Assembly: GCA_964016885.1 (NCBI GenBank)
Contig: OZ024744.1
Coordinates: 72,168,001 to 72,232,000, forward strand
Source: Eledone cirrhosa
Taxonomy: Eukaryota
Direction: 5' to 3'
DNA length: 64,000 bases
Both the position numbers and the translations under genes were made by a program. The stretch's first letter is position 1, and the number at the start of each line of letters is the position of its first letter. The notes beneath the pieces were generated by a model, which ran no database searches, was not told the DNA's origin, and saw nothing but the letters and a program-made list of their open reading frames with translations. Positions 25,869 to 41,126 of this stretch are shown one piece after another.

Positions 25869-27590
25869 GTATGCATATATACTGATGAAAATTCAGATTA
25901 AAATCTTTTTTTAACCTTGTCCTTTAAAAAATTAATATTTTCACTTTATCTGACGAAAGGAAAGAGGAAACATAACCTGGCAAGTGAAGCTTTATAGATA
26001 TATGTCATACTTTAATCAAAGACCAAAGACTTAACTGATCCTCTATGAGCCAAAGTGGGTGACCTTTTCGTGGTCATTCAACGTGCCAAATTTTCTTCAA
26101 ATGACACTCTATATTCTTATAAAACTGATGATTCATAAAATATTGTAATCCCAAATACAATATGTCTGAGAGAAAAGCGTAGGATATTCATTGCTGTAAC
26201 GTTGATGTAGGTGCAAAATCACAAACGCAACATCACTTGCTCACCTATATATCTCACAAAGGAGGACCTTATATACTAGCTACTATCGTATTCAAACTGA
26301 GCACGCAAATCTTATAGTTATTTCAGTGAAACAGTAGACACGAGTTTCCTAAACATTAGGTACTTGGAGAACTCCAGACACAGTCATCTTGTGGAATATC
26401 TGGGTCACATCTGGTTGCTATATCCACAGGAGCTGAATTCAACATTGCAGGTTACTAAATATTCGTCAAATATATAATGAGACTTTTATTACTGCTAAGA
26501 AGACTGTCATTGAATTTTTAGTGTATTAGGGGTGAATATAATGCAGTGTTGGTGTAAGATTATAATTTGCCGAACAGTCAGGTGACAGCCTAACAGACTA
26601 GTTGCTATTCATCTTATACTATTATGCCAATGAAAATATTATTGACTGAGTACGTACGTTACCGTACTGTATCTTCCCATGTAATAGATTTGTGTGTCGC
26701 TACTGAGAATTGCCCCCATGCCAAAGTTACATATACTTTCGAGTTCGATTGGCAGTATCGGTAGAGAGTCAGACGCCATGCTTTCTAGCTTAGAGTTACG
26801 GCCCTTGCCATTCTGAGTTCAAATCCCGCCGAGGTTAACTTTGCCTTTCATCTTTACGGGGTCGATAAAATAAAGGACCAGTAATGCACTGGGTAATTGC
26901 TGGCCTTGTGCCAAAAGAAGAAACAATTATATGAAATACTGGAACTAACATTCTACCCATGATGATCTTTCGGTGGAGTATTGTGAGCTCCTGATAGAAT
27001 TCAAGGGGAAGAACTTATTGAACAATATTGGTCTGCAATTGAACCATGGTTGCAGTGCAGCTAAATAGCGGAAAGTAGTCCTTCAGTAACCACGATCACA
27101 TCTGGCTACGATCAACGTGGTCTATAAAGCTTTAATATAGATTTCGTAAACAATATTTTCATACTACTTTCTTTACTTGCATGAGTACACCCCCACTGTT
27201 CCTGTAATTTGTACTAATGTTCCACACTCGTCCCCCTTATGGTGAAAAAATAGAACCGATTATAACAATGTATATAATATCTTTATTATGGTAATAATGA
27301 TTTCGTTTCGTTTTTCATTGGTAAAATGTCACAAATTAACTGCAGTACTCAAATGGCACTTTATTTTATGAAACCCCGGAAGGATAAAAAAAAAAAAATA
27401 AAGCACAGTGTTCTTTGAAATATTTGCATAGGCGGAGTTAAAAGAGAACATAAACAAACAATTCGTATTCAACCCTTTAAGAGATGAATACTCACAGGAT
27501 TGACCTAAAACAACAACAACAGTGTCGTAAATATTCTGGAAACACAAAGTTGTGTATATATACATATATACATGTGTATGTAAGTCTATA

Positions 27591-27642
<52 letters not shown>

Positions 27643-28248
27643 TGCGCAACTAGGATCGCTTGTAGTTAGCAAACATATATGCATGCCTATGTAGATTTAG
27701 ATGCATGTATATTATTTGATGCCTGTATTATGTAATCTATATGGTTAATAAGGTACTAAATGACTGGCACTAGGGTGGTGTGAAGAAAATATAAATATGA
27801 ATAAATAGATGTGTAGGTATTTCAGTTGATACAAACACAAATATATATCAATCTCCACAGATTTTCGCATGAGATTTTTTTCGCATTCTGTTATTATATA
27901 ATTGAAATGAAACTGTGCTGCATTTAAAACAATATTTGTATAACGGCTGTGTTTCAATCAAAAAAATGATGCAGTATTTCCACAAGTGACTTCAAGTCTG
28001 TCTGCTAACACCGTAGGCAGTAATACCACAAACAGTATCAATATTGTCACAGCTACAGAAAAAGCACTAATTAATCTAAAGAAGATGGGTGTCGTTGACG
28101 CGTTTGACAGCTATTGGCGTCTTGTATCTTGTATGCGGGAGATGTTCTGCTAGAGAGTAAGATATAGTTTGATGTGGAGTTGATTCTAAATACAGCAGTT
28201 CACATACCTATAAAACACGCACATACGCACGTAATCACACACACACAC

Positions 28249-28281
<33 letters not shown>

Positions 28282-28615
28282 TGTATGTATGTATGTATGT
28301 ATGTATGTATGTATGTATGCATGTATGTATGTATATATGAGTATTCATGTCACTGTGTGCGTATATATATATATATATGTGTGTGTGAGTGCGTGTGCGT
28401 GTGGATGTGGTGGTGGCGCATGGCTTAGTGGTTAGGGTGTTAGGTTCACAATCGTAATGTCCTGAATTTGATTCCCGACGGCCAGTTGTGTCCATCAACA
28501 CTTATTTCACGTTGCTCCACATATAATTCAATGGCCAGCTTCGTCTTACACACTGAATTCCTCAAGAACTAAGTTAAGAGTACACGTGTCTGTGAAATGT
28601 TTAGCCGTTTGCTCG

Positions 28616-28663
<48 letters not shown>

Positions 28664-29837
28664 GGTGGGGGGGGAGTATCTCTCTGTCTGTGTGTGTATG
28701 AATACGTTTATATGTATGTGTATTATTGGGATAAGGTTTAAACATACTCAGTTTTATACGTTTAGAAACAAGAATAAGAAAACAGAAAAGGGAAGAGGAA
28801 AACTAAATAAAAAAAAAGGATGATGACATATTTGACTGAACGATACATTTCAGCTGGACGGCACAAGCAAGCCAGCGAAAACATTTCTACGGAAAACGAC
28901 CAACGTTACCCATTACATCAATCATTGCACGTTATAGTGCGCCTACTGTATACGCAATGCCTCTTTCAAATTTGGCACAGAAAAACGACAGTTCGGGAGC
29001 CGGAGTTCCCTGAGGTCTCGCTGGCACACACACAAAAAAAAAGAAACGGTTTGTCTAATCCCGGTATTTAGCTATTGTCCACCCCTGTGCTTTACGGGGG
29101 ATGATAACCGAGTATGTAGCTAAAGCATAAGGTTGGCACCAATATAAATGTGGCAAAACGTGGAAGCGAAATATAGTGGAAGACAATAATCGATGAAATC
29201 ATCTCTCAGAATATTACTATTATCTTATTTTATTTACATACACAATGACGAAATGCAAATTTGAACATCTAGAAAGCTTCAACTAAATAGGGATCGTTTA
29301 AGCAAATATATCGGCCCTATTTTATTTTTTAACTCTTAAATAGAGAATCGAACTTAGGAGAAAAACTTCAAAATTGAAAAGGAAGAGTCAAAAGCGAAAA
29401 GGATAGATCTAAGTACCTCAAATCGTTTTGGCCGCTGCCCTTTCGTCAAGCTAACCATCCAGTATAAATCATTTAATGCTTGAGGTTAATAATAAAAAAA
29501 AGTATGCCCCTTAGGGTCTGCTAGAAATAGCAACAAAATCTATCAAAAGCACATCTTACATTTTACAACCCCCCCAAAAAAACCACATAGGATAATATAA
29601 TCGCACATACACTACGCTTAAAGAAAAAAAAAGTGGAACATTCACAGCTGAAATACCTTTGATCATAAGTCAGCTTGTTTAAGGTCGACCTCAGATAAAA
29701 TATTTTTTTTTTAAATATAACAAATTGTATAAAATAAATATCATGAAAGATATTAATAGAGGAGACGTATGTCTGTGTAAACCTGATTGTCGAACATTTT
29801 CAGTTCAAACACTGAGAGATGTAGAGAATTAAGCCTC

Positions 29838-29931
<94 letters not shown>

Positions 29932-30063
29932 TATACATATATGTATATATAGGTATATAAATATAAAATATATATATTTATATATATGTATATATATATG
30001 TACATATATATATATACACAAATATATGTGTGTGTCTATGTCTGTGTGTCTATGTGTGTGTGC

Positions 30064-30165
<102 letters not shown>

Positions 30166-30283
30166 ATTTTAATCTAAAGTTTTGAAGGAGAAGAAAGATG
30201 TACACCATCCGTCAGATAAATACTAGCAGTGTCTGGTAAACAAGTGATGTAAAACCAAATTCTGTTCAAGATGTTATTAATAA

Positions 30284-30314
<31 letters not shown>

Positions 30315-30449
30315 TGTATGTATGTATGTATGTATGTATGTATGTATGTATGTATGTATGAATGTATGTATGAATGTATGTATGTATTTATGTATGTATG
30401 TATGTATGTATGTATGTATGTATGTATGTATGCATGTATTTAATCTAAA

Positions 30450-31348
30450 CCCGGGAGAGATGACCCCTTAGCCTTTGTCAAGGCAGAATTCTAGGAGAAG
30501 GAAAACTCTGATATAACACCTGCAACCCTGATGGTATCCAATGATGTTGACTTGTTCTTCTTTTTGGTAAATATCATCTTGGTTAAGAGAGTGGGACTGG
30601 CTTTGTGCAGTGCCTTTGCTCACTATAAAAGCTTCAAGGCACAGGCATTGCTTTATATCTGGAGATCTCTCTGCACTTGTCGTCACATGGTACCATGGGC
30701 CCAGCACTATGTGTCAATAGTTGTCACAGGTGTAGTGTTTGTACCAGAGTTTTCATGTCGCAGGCTGGACTAAAAAGTCACACTCGTTCAGCGCATCGGT
30801 ATGGGTTCTCCTACATGGATATAAAGTAGTGGCCGTACTCGAAAACGCGTTGGCAGCCACCATGCATGTATGTATGTATGTATGTATGTATGTATGTATG
30901 TATGTATGTATGTATGTATGTATGTATGTATGTATGAATGTATGTATGTATGTATGTATGTATGCATGCATGCATGTATGTATGTATGTCAGTTGGTGCT
31001 ACTGGTAACATGTATCCCAGTACAACCTGTCTCATGGTCGGGTCGTAGGCGACTAAACTGGCAACCCCACCAAGGTTTCTTGGTGAGGAGCGTGACTTTG
31101 GACATCCTGCAGGACTAAAAAGAAAACCTGTCAAAGGGCAAAGGAGCTCTTATGAGTCAATGGCCATCCAAAATCACCGGGAGAGATGACCCCTTAGCCT
31201 TTGTTAAGGCAGAATTCTAGGAGAAGGAAAACTCTGATATAACACCTGGCTGGACTAAAAAGTCACACTCGTTCAGCGCATCGGTAGGGGTTCTCCTACA
31301 TGGATATAAAGTAGTGGCCATACTCGAAAACGAGTTGGCAGCCACCAT
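30450..31348 (+). mobile_element. Two tandem bipartite RTE-derived non-autonomous elements with (ATGT)n tails
   Basis: 30450-30521 equals 31177-31249, and 30764-30862 equals 31249-31348. RTE-like 5'-UTR motifs (aggcgactaaa; ggagaaggaaaactctga). C-terminal C2H2 peptide CSVCTRVFMSQAGLKSHTRSAH. Confidence 0.7.
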
Positions 31349-31544
31349 GTATGTATGTATAATGTATGTATGAATGTATGTATGAATGTGTGTGTGTATG
31401 TATGTATGTGGGTATTGATGCGTATATATATTTATATATGTATGTGTGTGTGTACGTATATATGTATATATACTACCACGCATACATACACACGCATTCA
31501 CACACATGCATCACACACACACACATATATTTCTCTCTCTCTCT

Positions 31545-31650
<106 letters not shown>

Positions 31651-31742
31651 CAGAGAGAGAGAGGGGGGGGGGGTTGAGAGAAAGAGACAGAGGTAGGGAG
31701 AGATAGAGACATATATATATATATATATATAAATATATATAC

Positions 31743-31795
<53 letters not shown>

Positions 31796-31800
31796 TATAC

Positions 31801-31833
<33 letters not shown>

Positions 31834-31834
31834 G

Positions 31835-31865
<31 letters not shown>

Positions 31866-31905
31866 TTATATATACATATATATATATATTTATATATATA
31901 TATTT

Positions 31906-31961
<56 letters not shown>

Positions 31962-32009
31962 TTTTAATATATAGAAATCATCATCATTTTAATATATAGA
32001 AATCATCAT

Positions 32010-32160
32010 TCTTTAGGAATCATCAGGATTCCTGATGATTTCTAAAGAATGAAACAGTTCTAGTCCTGTAGAATCTCATCTATATTAAAACTTTTATACT
32101 CTGCAATATATTGAGTACCTTACTTACTGTGGTTACCTCCGACTCAACCCGGAATAACGT
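32010..32160 (+). mobile_element. Fold-back mini-element family B with a hammerhead-like core; other copies at 33395-33457, 40455-40529, 40676-40860, 42775-42960
   Basis: cCTGATGAtttc....gaatGAAAcagTTctag...tattgagtacc...cccggaataacg(TA)n. The inverted arm begins just upstream of CTGATGA in three copies. Confidence 0.8.
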
Positions 32161-32167
32161 ATATATA

Positions 32168-32212
<45 letters not shown>

Positions 32213-32293
32213 TTGTGTATAATGGTAGCTATGGTGCTTCCATAGACGGTATGCCAAAATTAGCACTCAATATACATACAGCGCAGAGTGTGG

Positions 32294-32586
32294 ATAGTAT
32301 AAAAAAACGAAAAATTAGCGATGCATCTGGACTCAGTTTATTGCGTGTTACAATTGTTTCGCCGGCAGGTAACTCGAGACATGATCACTGTATGGATCTG
32401 GCTGATTTTACGGCTGCAGGTTCCTTCTAACGCCGATAGTTCGTTCGGAGCAAATTTTCTCACTGGGGTGTTATAGACAGTGTTATAACACTGTGTAATT
32501 GGCTCGAGCTACCTGCCGGCGAAACAATTGTAACACGCAATAAACTGAGTCCAGATGCATCACTGATTTTTAGTTGTTTTATACTA
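32294..32586. repeat. Inverted repeat with about 84-bp arms
   Basis: 32294-32377 versus 32503-32586. Contains GAAA-CAATTG-TA, resembling a hammerhead 3' half. Confidence 0.85.
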
Positions 32587-32605
32587 TATATATATATATA
32601 TTATT

Positions 32606-32789
<184 letters not shown>

Positions 32790-33142
32790 TCATACACGGA
32801 TATAAAAATAATTAAAATGGTTTGAAATTACATTAAGATGGGAAAGAGATCCCAACATTTGGTAAAAGTTGTTGGAAGCTGTAGGATATCGCCGCCGCAT
32901 TTCTATATTTTACAGCTTTATAACTAGAAAATTCCTTTTTGCACGCTTCGAATGATTTTAATTTCAACTTTCCGTCTTCGTTCATACACTATTAATTTAT
33001 ATTATTATGCATAATACACGCTTTCCTGCACGAATTTTTATTTATGTTCTCTATGCGCGGACATGACTGTAACCACTGTTGCCTCGGGTGGGCAGACCAA
33101 TGGCTTGGGAACAGAATTTGGTAGATGAAAACTGCAGACTGT

Positions 33143-33194
<52 letters not shown>

Positions 33195-34717
33195 AGATTC
33201 ATAACCCCAACGGCTGAGCTCCGGTCGTTTCGACAGCTAGATCCTGAATCTGTTCATATTACCCACTGTACTACCCCAATTATCGGGTACTTTGGTGCGT
33301 TATGGTTCACCTGGTATCTTACCACACCTTTGTTATATATATATATACCACCAGAAAATGTATAAATACCTCCATAACACATTGACAGTCGGCTCTCCTG
33401 ATGATTTCCTTCGAATGAAACAGTTCTATATGTTCGAATGTAGCCATTTCTATATTAAATATATATATATATATAGGTGGTGAGTAATACTAAATTCTAT
33501 CGGTGGTACATGCTTCAGCATTCAATGATTACACGTGAATTGGATGTTTAGTATTAAAAAGTGTTGATTAACACTGATATCTGGACGCCATATACAGTAT
33601 GTTTATATTAAGAAAGTGATCGAAGTTTCAGTTTCACATATTTTATCGGTAATCACGCTTTATCGGTTACAAAAATCTCAACCACGACTCCAGAATCGGA
33701 AAATGTTAATCTTTTCTTTTGTAGTGTAAGGCATCAGATCTGCCTGTATATAGGATATCGACCATACCCAAATGTCACGTTATTTATTATGTAAGGTTAC
33801 TCCCCTATTGCGAAGAGGCTGACGAAATACAACGATGGAAGTGAGTGGCAGAACGAAAAGAAAAGTCCAATAAAAGAGTAGGTTACCTTCCTATTTCACC
33901 CGCAATTACTACCACTACAATATTGGCCCGTTACTATTTTTCGCAATGAGCAATTCCTATTGTGGGGTCTTCAGTTTAATGCTTATTGTGCTTGGCAAGG
34001 TGATGAATAAATCTAGAATCTAGAATCTTTGTATCGTGATTTTGTAATTCAAATACATAAGCTTATGTTGTTCTCAATCGTTCTACTCAAGGAAGGATAA
34101 TTTCAAGTACTAACGCTTGCAGCTCTTGATAATTTCCGACTTCCAGTTAATTCCGTGGTTCTTAAGCTAATTTCCGTGCATTCTGCAATACACGAGCCAC
34201 AATCACGAAGTGCCATTTTATACGGGGACGCGTGCATAAGCATAAATTATTTGATTCTAAAATTAAGTTTATTATCTTTGTGTTGCCATATAGCCTCCGC
34301 TAATGAAGACTGGGATCTTTAGTTTTTCGTTTTTATTTGTAAATGAACCAGCATGGTTATAATAATTACATTTAAAAGCTGTAGCAGTTGCACCTATACA
34401 TAAGTAATCACATTTATTGGTGGTCCCGGTACATTTGTATACAATGTTAGACGTTAGAGTAATTTAGATCGAATTCTACAATTGAAAGTTGTATATATAT
34501 ATGTATATATATATATATTAAAGGTATATATATATTAAAGGTATATATATATTAAAGGTATATATTGAGTTAGGAACTCAAAATAGTCTCTTACAACAAA
34601 ATAGCTCTAAGAAAGAGATATTTCTGAACCTTATATTATAATAGAATATAAAAGAAAAAACGAACACAGATATATATTGTAAGGGACCTGATTCACCTTA
34701 GCGAATCAGGTCCCTTA

Positions 34718-34756
<39 letters not shown>

Positions 34757-35202
34757 ATTTAAATGGATACAGTTCAATAACACGTGTTTCAATAACAGTT
34801 ACATAACCTGAAAACAGCTGCTATCTACAAAGTATTAGTTATGCAGACATTCAATATTTCAATATTATTATCAACTGTCATTTCATCAGAATAATTTTAT
34901 TGAGAACCTGTTTGGTTTTTATAGAGAATATTAGGAGGGAGTTGTTAGAAGAATAGTTAAGGGAGTGGTTTTTTGATAGCAGTGAGAATTTTTGGTGGCA
35001 GTGAGTAATTAGATTCCCATCTGTTGTTTTGACATTTTTATAGAATATATTGTTTGGCGTTGGTTATTTTTCTAAATCTATAGATGGATTAGAGATAGTA
35101 TAGATATGCATGGTTGGTTTTGTGTTTGCACTTAATTAACATTCAGACTTAAATTTTTCTTTCAAGTGTACGTATCCTTATATATATATATATACATGTA
35201 TA

Positions 35203-35406
35203 CAGGGTGTTTAAAAAAAAGTTTGATATCATTGGCCTGTTCCCAAGGTTGTCACCTTAAATATATATTATGAATTAACGTTATATTGTTGACAAATTTT
35301 GAGGAATACATCTTATTTTGCTTAACATTAAGCTTGATCACCGTTGTCCTCGGCCGTGTAATTTCTAGGATATTTACATCTCAAATGAAATAATTTTTTT
35401 TTAAAC

Positions 35407-35412
<6 letters not shown>
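35203..35412. mobile_element. Tc1/mariner-type MITE
   Basis: TA|CAGGGTGTTTAAAAAAAA ... TTTTTTTTAAACACCCTa|TA. Confidence 0.75.
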
Positions 35413-35440
<28 letters not shown>

Positions 35441-35443
<3 letters not shown>

Positions 35444-36478
35444 ATGAGCAGAACAAACAAACATTAAACAATCCCTTAAATAAATAAAAAAATTATTTAA
35501 ATATCTACCTGTTCATAATGCTATTACCGGCGGTTTCTATTTACAAAAGATTAGAAATTCAGAGAATTTCCAACGGAAATTAAATTTCATCAGATAGCTA
35601 TTTCCATCCTATAGGACTAAGTCCCACGGTCTGCAAATATAATGCTAACTACCAGCTCGTATGAGTTATGGCCGTTAAAGTGACCCACACGTGAACCGGC
35701 CGTTAGTGAAAGCGGGAATATTACAAACGTGTTGATGGCTTTGCTGCTAAAAAATAGCAGTAAGCAACAACGAATTTTTTCTCTGCATAGATTGGAGAAT
35801 ATATAAAAATGAGGTAAATATCTCTCTGAGTACTAAGTACCCATAGAGATATATAGGGTGTCTATAATATAATTGTTGTTCTATGGTACTAATTCGAGAT
35901 ACCAGAACTATAAAAATTGAGCTGAGCAGAACAAACAAACATTAAACAATCCCTTAAATAAATTAAAAAATGATTTAAATATCTACCTGTTCATAATGCT
36001 ATTACCGGCGGTTTCGCTTTAGAAAAGATTAGAAATTCAGAGAATTGCTTACTGCTATTTTTTTTAGCAGCAAAGCAATCAACAAGTCTGTAATATTCCC
36101 GCTTTCACTAGCGGCCGGTTCACGTGTGGGTCACTTTAACGGCCATAACTCATACGAGCTGGTAGTTAGCATTATATTTGCAGACCGTGGGACTTAGGAT
36201 GGAAATAGCTATCCGATGAAATTTATTTTCCGTTGGAAATTCTCTGAATTTCTAATCTTTTGTAAATAGAAACCGCCGGTAATAGCATTATGAACAGGTA
36301 GATATTTAAATAATTTTTAAATTTATTTAAGGGATTGTTTAATGTTTGTTGTTCTGCTCATCAATGTTTATAGTTCTGGTATCTCGAATTAGTACCATAG
36401 AACAACAATTATATTATAGACACCCTATATATCTCTATGGGTACTTAGTACTCAGAGAGATATTTACCTCATTTTTAT
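35441..36478. repeat. 1-kb compound inverted/direct duplication bounded by (TA)n
   Basis: 35441-35766 is the reverse complement of 36045-36365. 35803-35915 is the reverse complement of about 36365-36478. 35445-35567 is directly repeated at 35923-36046. Confidence 0.9.
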
Positions 36479-36504
36479 TTATATATATATATATACACAC
36501 ACAC

Positions 36505-36594
<90 letters not shown>

Positions 36595-36842
36595 TCCAGG
36601 GCTATTTTTATATTTCAAGTTCTATTTTCTATTAACTTCTTTTTTTCATGTTACATGAAAAAAAAAAAAAATGAAGTTCCTAAATCCATCCTCAACATTT
36701 CTACATGTTCCTGGTCACACCTTGAAGATGAAATGATATTGTCGTATGATGTACTCTCTTTACCGAAGGCAGGTACAATGTAATATGTGTAAACATTACC
36801 ACTGGAATTTTGATCATTTTTACTAGATTTATGCGTCATCGG

Positions 36843-37015
36843 CAGTGCCAGATCAAGGACAAATGAGGCTCTGGGCTAATTAAGTTTGTCATTCGGAAAA
36901 TTTTTTTGAAGAATTCACTGTAAACATTTTTTGAGCAGGAAGATGGGTCGCCCCGCTGGCCAAAAGGGCTCTGTGTTTAAAAGTACACCTAAGCACAATG
37001 GAAAATCCGGCACTG
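36843..37015. mobile_element. hAT-like MITE
   Basis: TIRs CAGTGCCAGAT / ATCCGGCACTG; 8-bp flanks gtcatcgg / gtcattgc. Confidence 0.7.
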
Positions 37016-38022
37016 GTCATTGCTCAAGTGTTTGTTTATGTTTCATTTGTGATTAAATATGTATTATCTGTTGTAGCGTTGTGTTGTAGTATGAGTAGTA
37101 TTTTCATCATTATCCGTGTTTTTTTAAATTTTATTAAGTATTCTCTATCAGATAGATGTGTTGGCAGCTAATAAATTCCTGTCTGGATTTGATTTGTGTT
37201 GAGTGATTAACACTTTGTAGGTTCTTCGACGTCCATGTATTGTGGGCATCTACGACCCGTATGTATTTGTGTGTGTGTGTGTGTTTCTATGTGTGTGTGT
37301 ATGTGTTTGTATGTGTGTGTTTGTGTGTGTGTATGTGTGTGGGTGTGCACGTGTGTGTGTGTTTGTATGTATGTGTGTTTGTTTGTATGTGTGTGTTTGT
37401 TTGTATGGGTGCGTGTGTGTGTGTTTGTATGTGTGTGTGTTTGTAGTAGTAATAGTAGTAGTAAAAGGAGAAGCAAGTGGCGGAAAAAAGAGCCTAAAGT
37501 GGAGGGGAAGCAAGAGGAAGGAAGGAAGGAAGGAAGGAAGGAAGGAAGGAAGAAAGGTGGAGAAGGAGGAGGGAAACAAAAGCAAAGTCATTTAAAGCAA
37601 TAATGGTTTCTACTTTTGGCACAAGGCCAGCAAATTATTTCAGTACATTACTGGTACTTTATTTTATCGACCCCGTAAGGATGAAAGGCAAAGTCAACCT
37701 CGGCGGGATTTGAACTCAGATCGTAAAGGGACGTAAATATGCTTCAAAGCATGGCGTCCGACCCTCTACCGATACTGCCAATCCACAAATGGATTGTCAT
37801 TTAAAGCAATAATTGTTTCTACTTTAGGCACAAGGCCAGCAATTACTCAGTGAATTACTGGTACTTTATTTTATCGACCCCAAATGACTTTGAAACTTAA
37901 TGGCTTTGGAATGAACATTAAGGAGATCATTGGGAATAGACAACAGAGGAAACTTTATATATTTAAAGAAAAGATGATCAGATATGAACGGAGAGAATAG
38001 CAATGTTCTTTCTCACTCATTT

Positions 38023-38059
<37 letters not shown>

Positions 38060-38134
38060 CAACATATCATGATATGTTGATTTAAAACTGCACCATCCAC
38101 AAGTGTTTTTTAGCCTTCATATCATGTTCTCCTG

Positions 38135-38201
38135 TTTTATCTGATGAAAACACAAATATTATTGCATGATGATGTTTGTTTTTGAAATGCGCATAATAAA
38201 A
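38135..38201 (+). ncRNA. Type I hammerhead ribozyme
   Basis: TTTTAT-CTGATGA-long stem II-GAAA-TGCGCA-TA-ATAAAA, with palindromic stem III ATGCGCAT. Confidence 0.8.
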
Positions 38202-38329
38202 TACATGGAACTCCTTTAACCATCTTTTGATCTTATATATTATGTATACTCCAGTCCTACAAACTGTAGAGTGCTTCTTATCCGATATCTGCATTGCTTT
38301 ATTGTACTACAATAAAACTGACCTCCTAC

Positions 38330-38387
<58 letters not shown>

Positions 38388-38663
38388 AACCAGTAAGACC
38401 CCCGACAGATGAGCTCAAGCCGTTTCGACGGCTAATTCACAGAATTAGCCGTCGAAACGGCTTGAGCTCAGCTGTCGGGGGTCTTACTGGTTCCTATTAC
38501 CCACTCTACTACCTCAAGTATTGAGTATTTTGGTGCGTTATGGTCCACCTGGTTCCCTACCACATTTCCTTCGTTATATATATATATATATTTATATATG
38601 AGGGACTCATTTTATAACATGTTATCCATGTGCAACCTGCAGTATTCTTCTCCCCATTTTTTC

Positions 38664-39110
<447 letters not shown>

Positions 39111-39282
39111 ATTAAAGTAGGCAAACTGACAAACAAGTAAAACCACCAACTTCTATCGTTTACCGAAGGTTCACAAATCCAAAGAACTGGATCTACCAAA
39201 TCATATTATTTTATAACATTAAATCATAAATTTTCTGAAGTCATTCTTTTCCTTTTTTTCAAATATATATATATATATACAC

Positions 39283-39630
39283 CCGCGTCCCACTACCCCC
39301 CACCCACCACACCACACCTTTCAATGTAAAGTTATGTTGGTACCACAACATCCAGTCCGAAATAAATGAAGTCGTGTAGGTGTCACGACAAAAAAACACA
39401 CAGTTCACGCTGTAATGTGGCCGTGTAGGTAACACGGTAAAAACCTCCCAGACCCACACTGTAAACGTGGTTGGTGTTAGGAAGAGCATCCAGCTGTAGA
39501 AAACCCGCCAGACAGTCCTATGGGAGCAAAACAACCAATCTTGCGTCAAGTGGGAAAATTCCCGTCCAAACCCATGCTAGCGTGGAAGATGGACGTTAAA
39601 CGATGATGATGATGATGATGATGATGATGA
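39283..39630 (+). mobile_element. 3'-UTR-only copy of the same RTE family
   Basis: Matches the reverse complement of 24064-24520 minus the SINE, with the same (GAT)n tail. Confidence 0.85.
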
Positions 39631-39713
39631 TATATATATATATATGTATATATATAATGAAAAATAAAAGTTACGCGCGAGAAAGAGGAGTATTCGTCAT
39701 CGTTTCTTTCGCG

Positions 39714-39767
<54 letters not shown>

Positions 39768-39935
39768 GCGAGGTGTGTGGTTGCATTCAAGTATAATGAA
39801 AAATAAAAGTTACGGGCGAAAGAGAGGAGTATCCGTCATCAGTTGTCTACTAGGAATCATAGACAACTGATGACGGATATCTATTTCAACACACGTCTTC
39901 AGATAAGAAATCTCGCAAAACAAATTAAAAAACGA

Positions 39936-40030
<95 letters not shown>

Positions 40031-40172
40031 AATTATATATTATGGAATACTGTTGGCTTCTTGCTAAAATAATTTCTATACTTTTCATTTATATAAATTA
40101 TATATATATATATAAATTACATATATACATATATAAATTGTAAATATATATATAAATGAATTGTATATATAT

Positions 40173-40244
<72 letters not shown>

Positions 40245-40860
40245 GAAAAGTATAGAAATTATTGTAGCAAGAAGCCAACAGTATTCCATAATATATAAGT
40301 GACTATAGCGTCAAAATGGAAAAATAGTTAACGTAAGATGTGGGAAAATAATTCAAACTCAATTCAAAAAGAATCAGGATATAGATTCATCCACAGAATT
40401 TGGTGAAATCCAGGGAAAAATCAATAGAGCCTTAACTCAGAATAAAATAAAGTTTACAATACTCATCCTTCAAATGTATTGAGTACCTTACTTACTGTGG
40501 TTACCTCCGATTCAACCCGGAATAACGTATATATATATACATGATTTTTAATGCGATGAAATATCAATGATGGTTGGAAAATCACTGACGAAGGACTATT
40601 TTCATCATATGTAACCCATGTGCAACCACGCAGTATTCTTCTTTCTTGTCATGTATTATATATATATATATATATACGTTATTCCGGGTTGAATCGGAGG
40701 TAACCACAGTAAGTAAGGTACTCAATACATAGCAGAGTATGAAAGTGTTAATATAGATGAGATTCTACAGGACTAGAAGAACTGTTTCGTTCTTTAGAAA
40801 TCATCAGAGATTTCTGATGATTTCTAAAGAATGAAACAGTTCTAGTTCTATATTAAAACT

Positions 40861-40950
<90 letters not shown>

Positions 40951-41126
40951 AAGGAAATGTTTAACCCCGACGGCAGAGCTCAAGCGGTTTGGCTCAAGCC
41001 GTCGAAACGGCTTGAGCTCTACCGTTGTGGTTAAACATTTTCCTATTACCCAATTATTGGTACTCTGGTGCGTTATGGTCTATCTGGTTCCTTACCACAC
41101 TTCCTCCGTTATATATATATATAGTG

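Noticed and set aside
25595-25975. CTGATGA and CTGACGA boxes at about 25602 and 25950 (also 41643, minus)
   Set aside because: No convincing stem II/III could be built; at best decayed hammerheads.
27496-27537. Possible 40-bp minus-strand exon (ttccag...gtgagt)
   Set aside because: No homology, includes a GTT repeat, and such splice-like pairs arise by chance.
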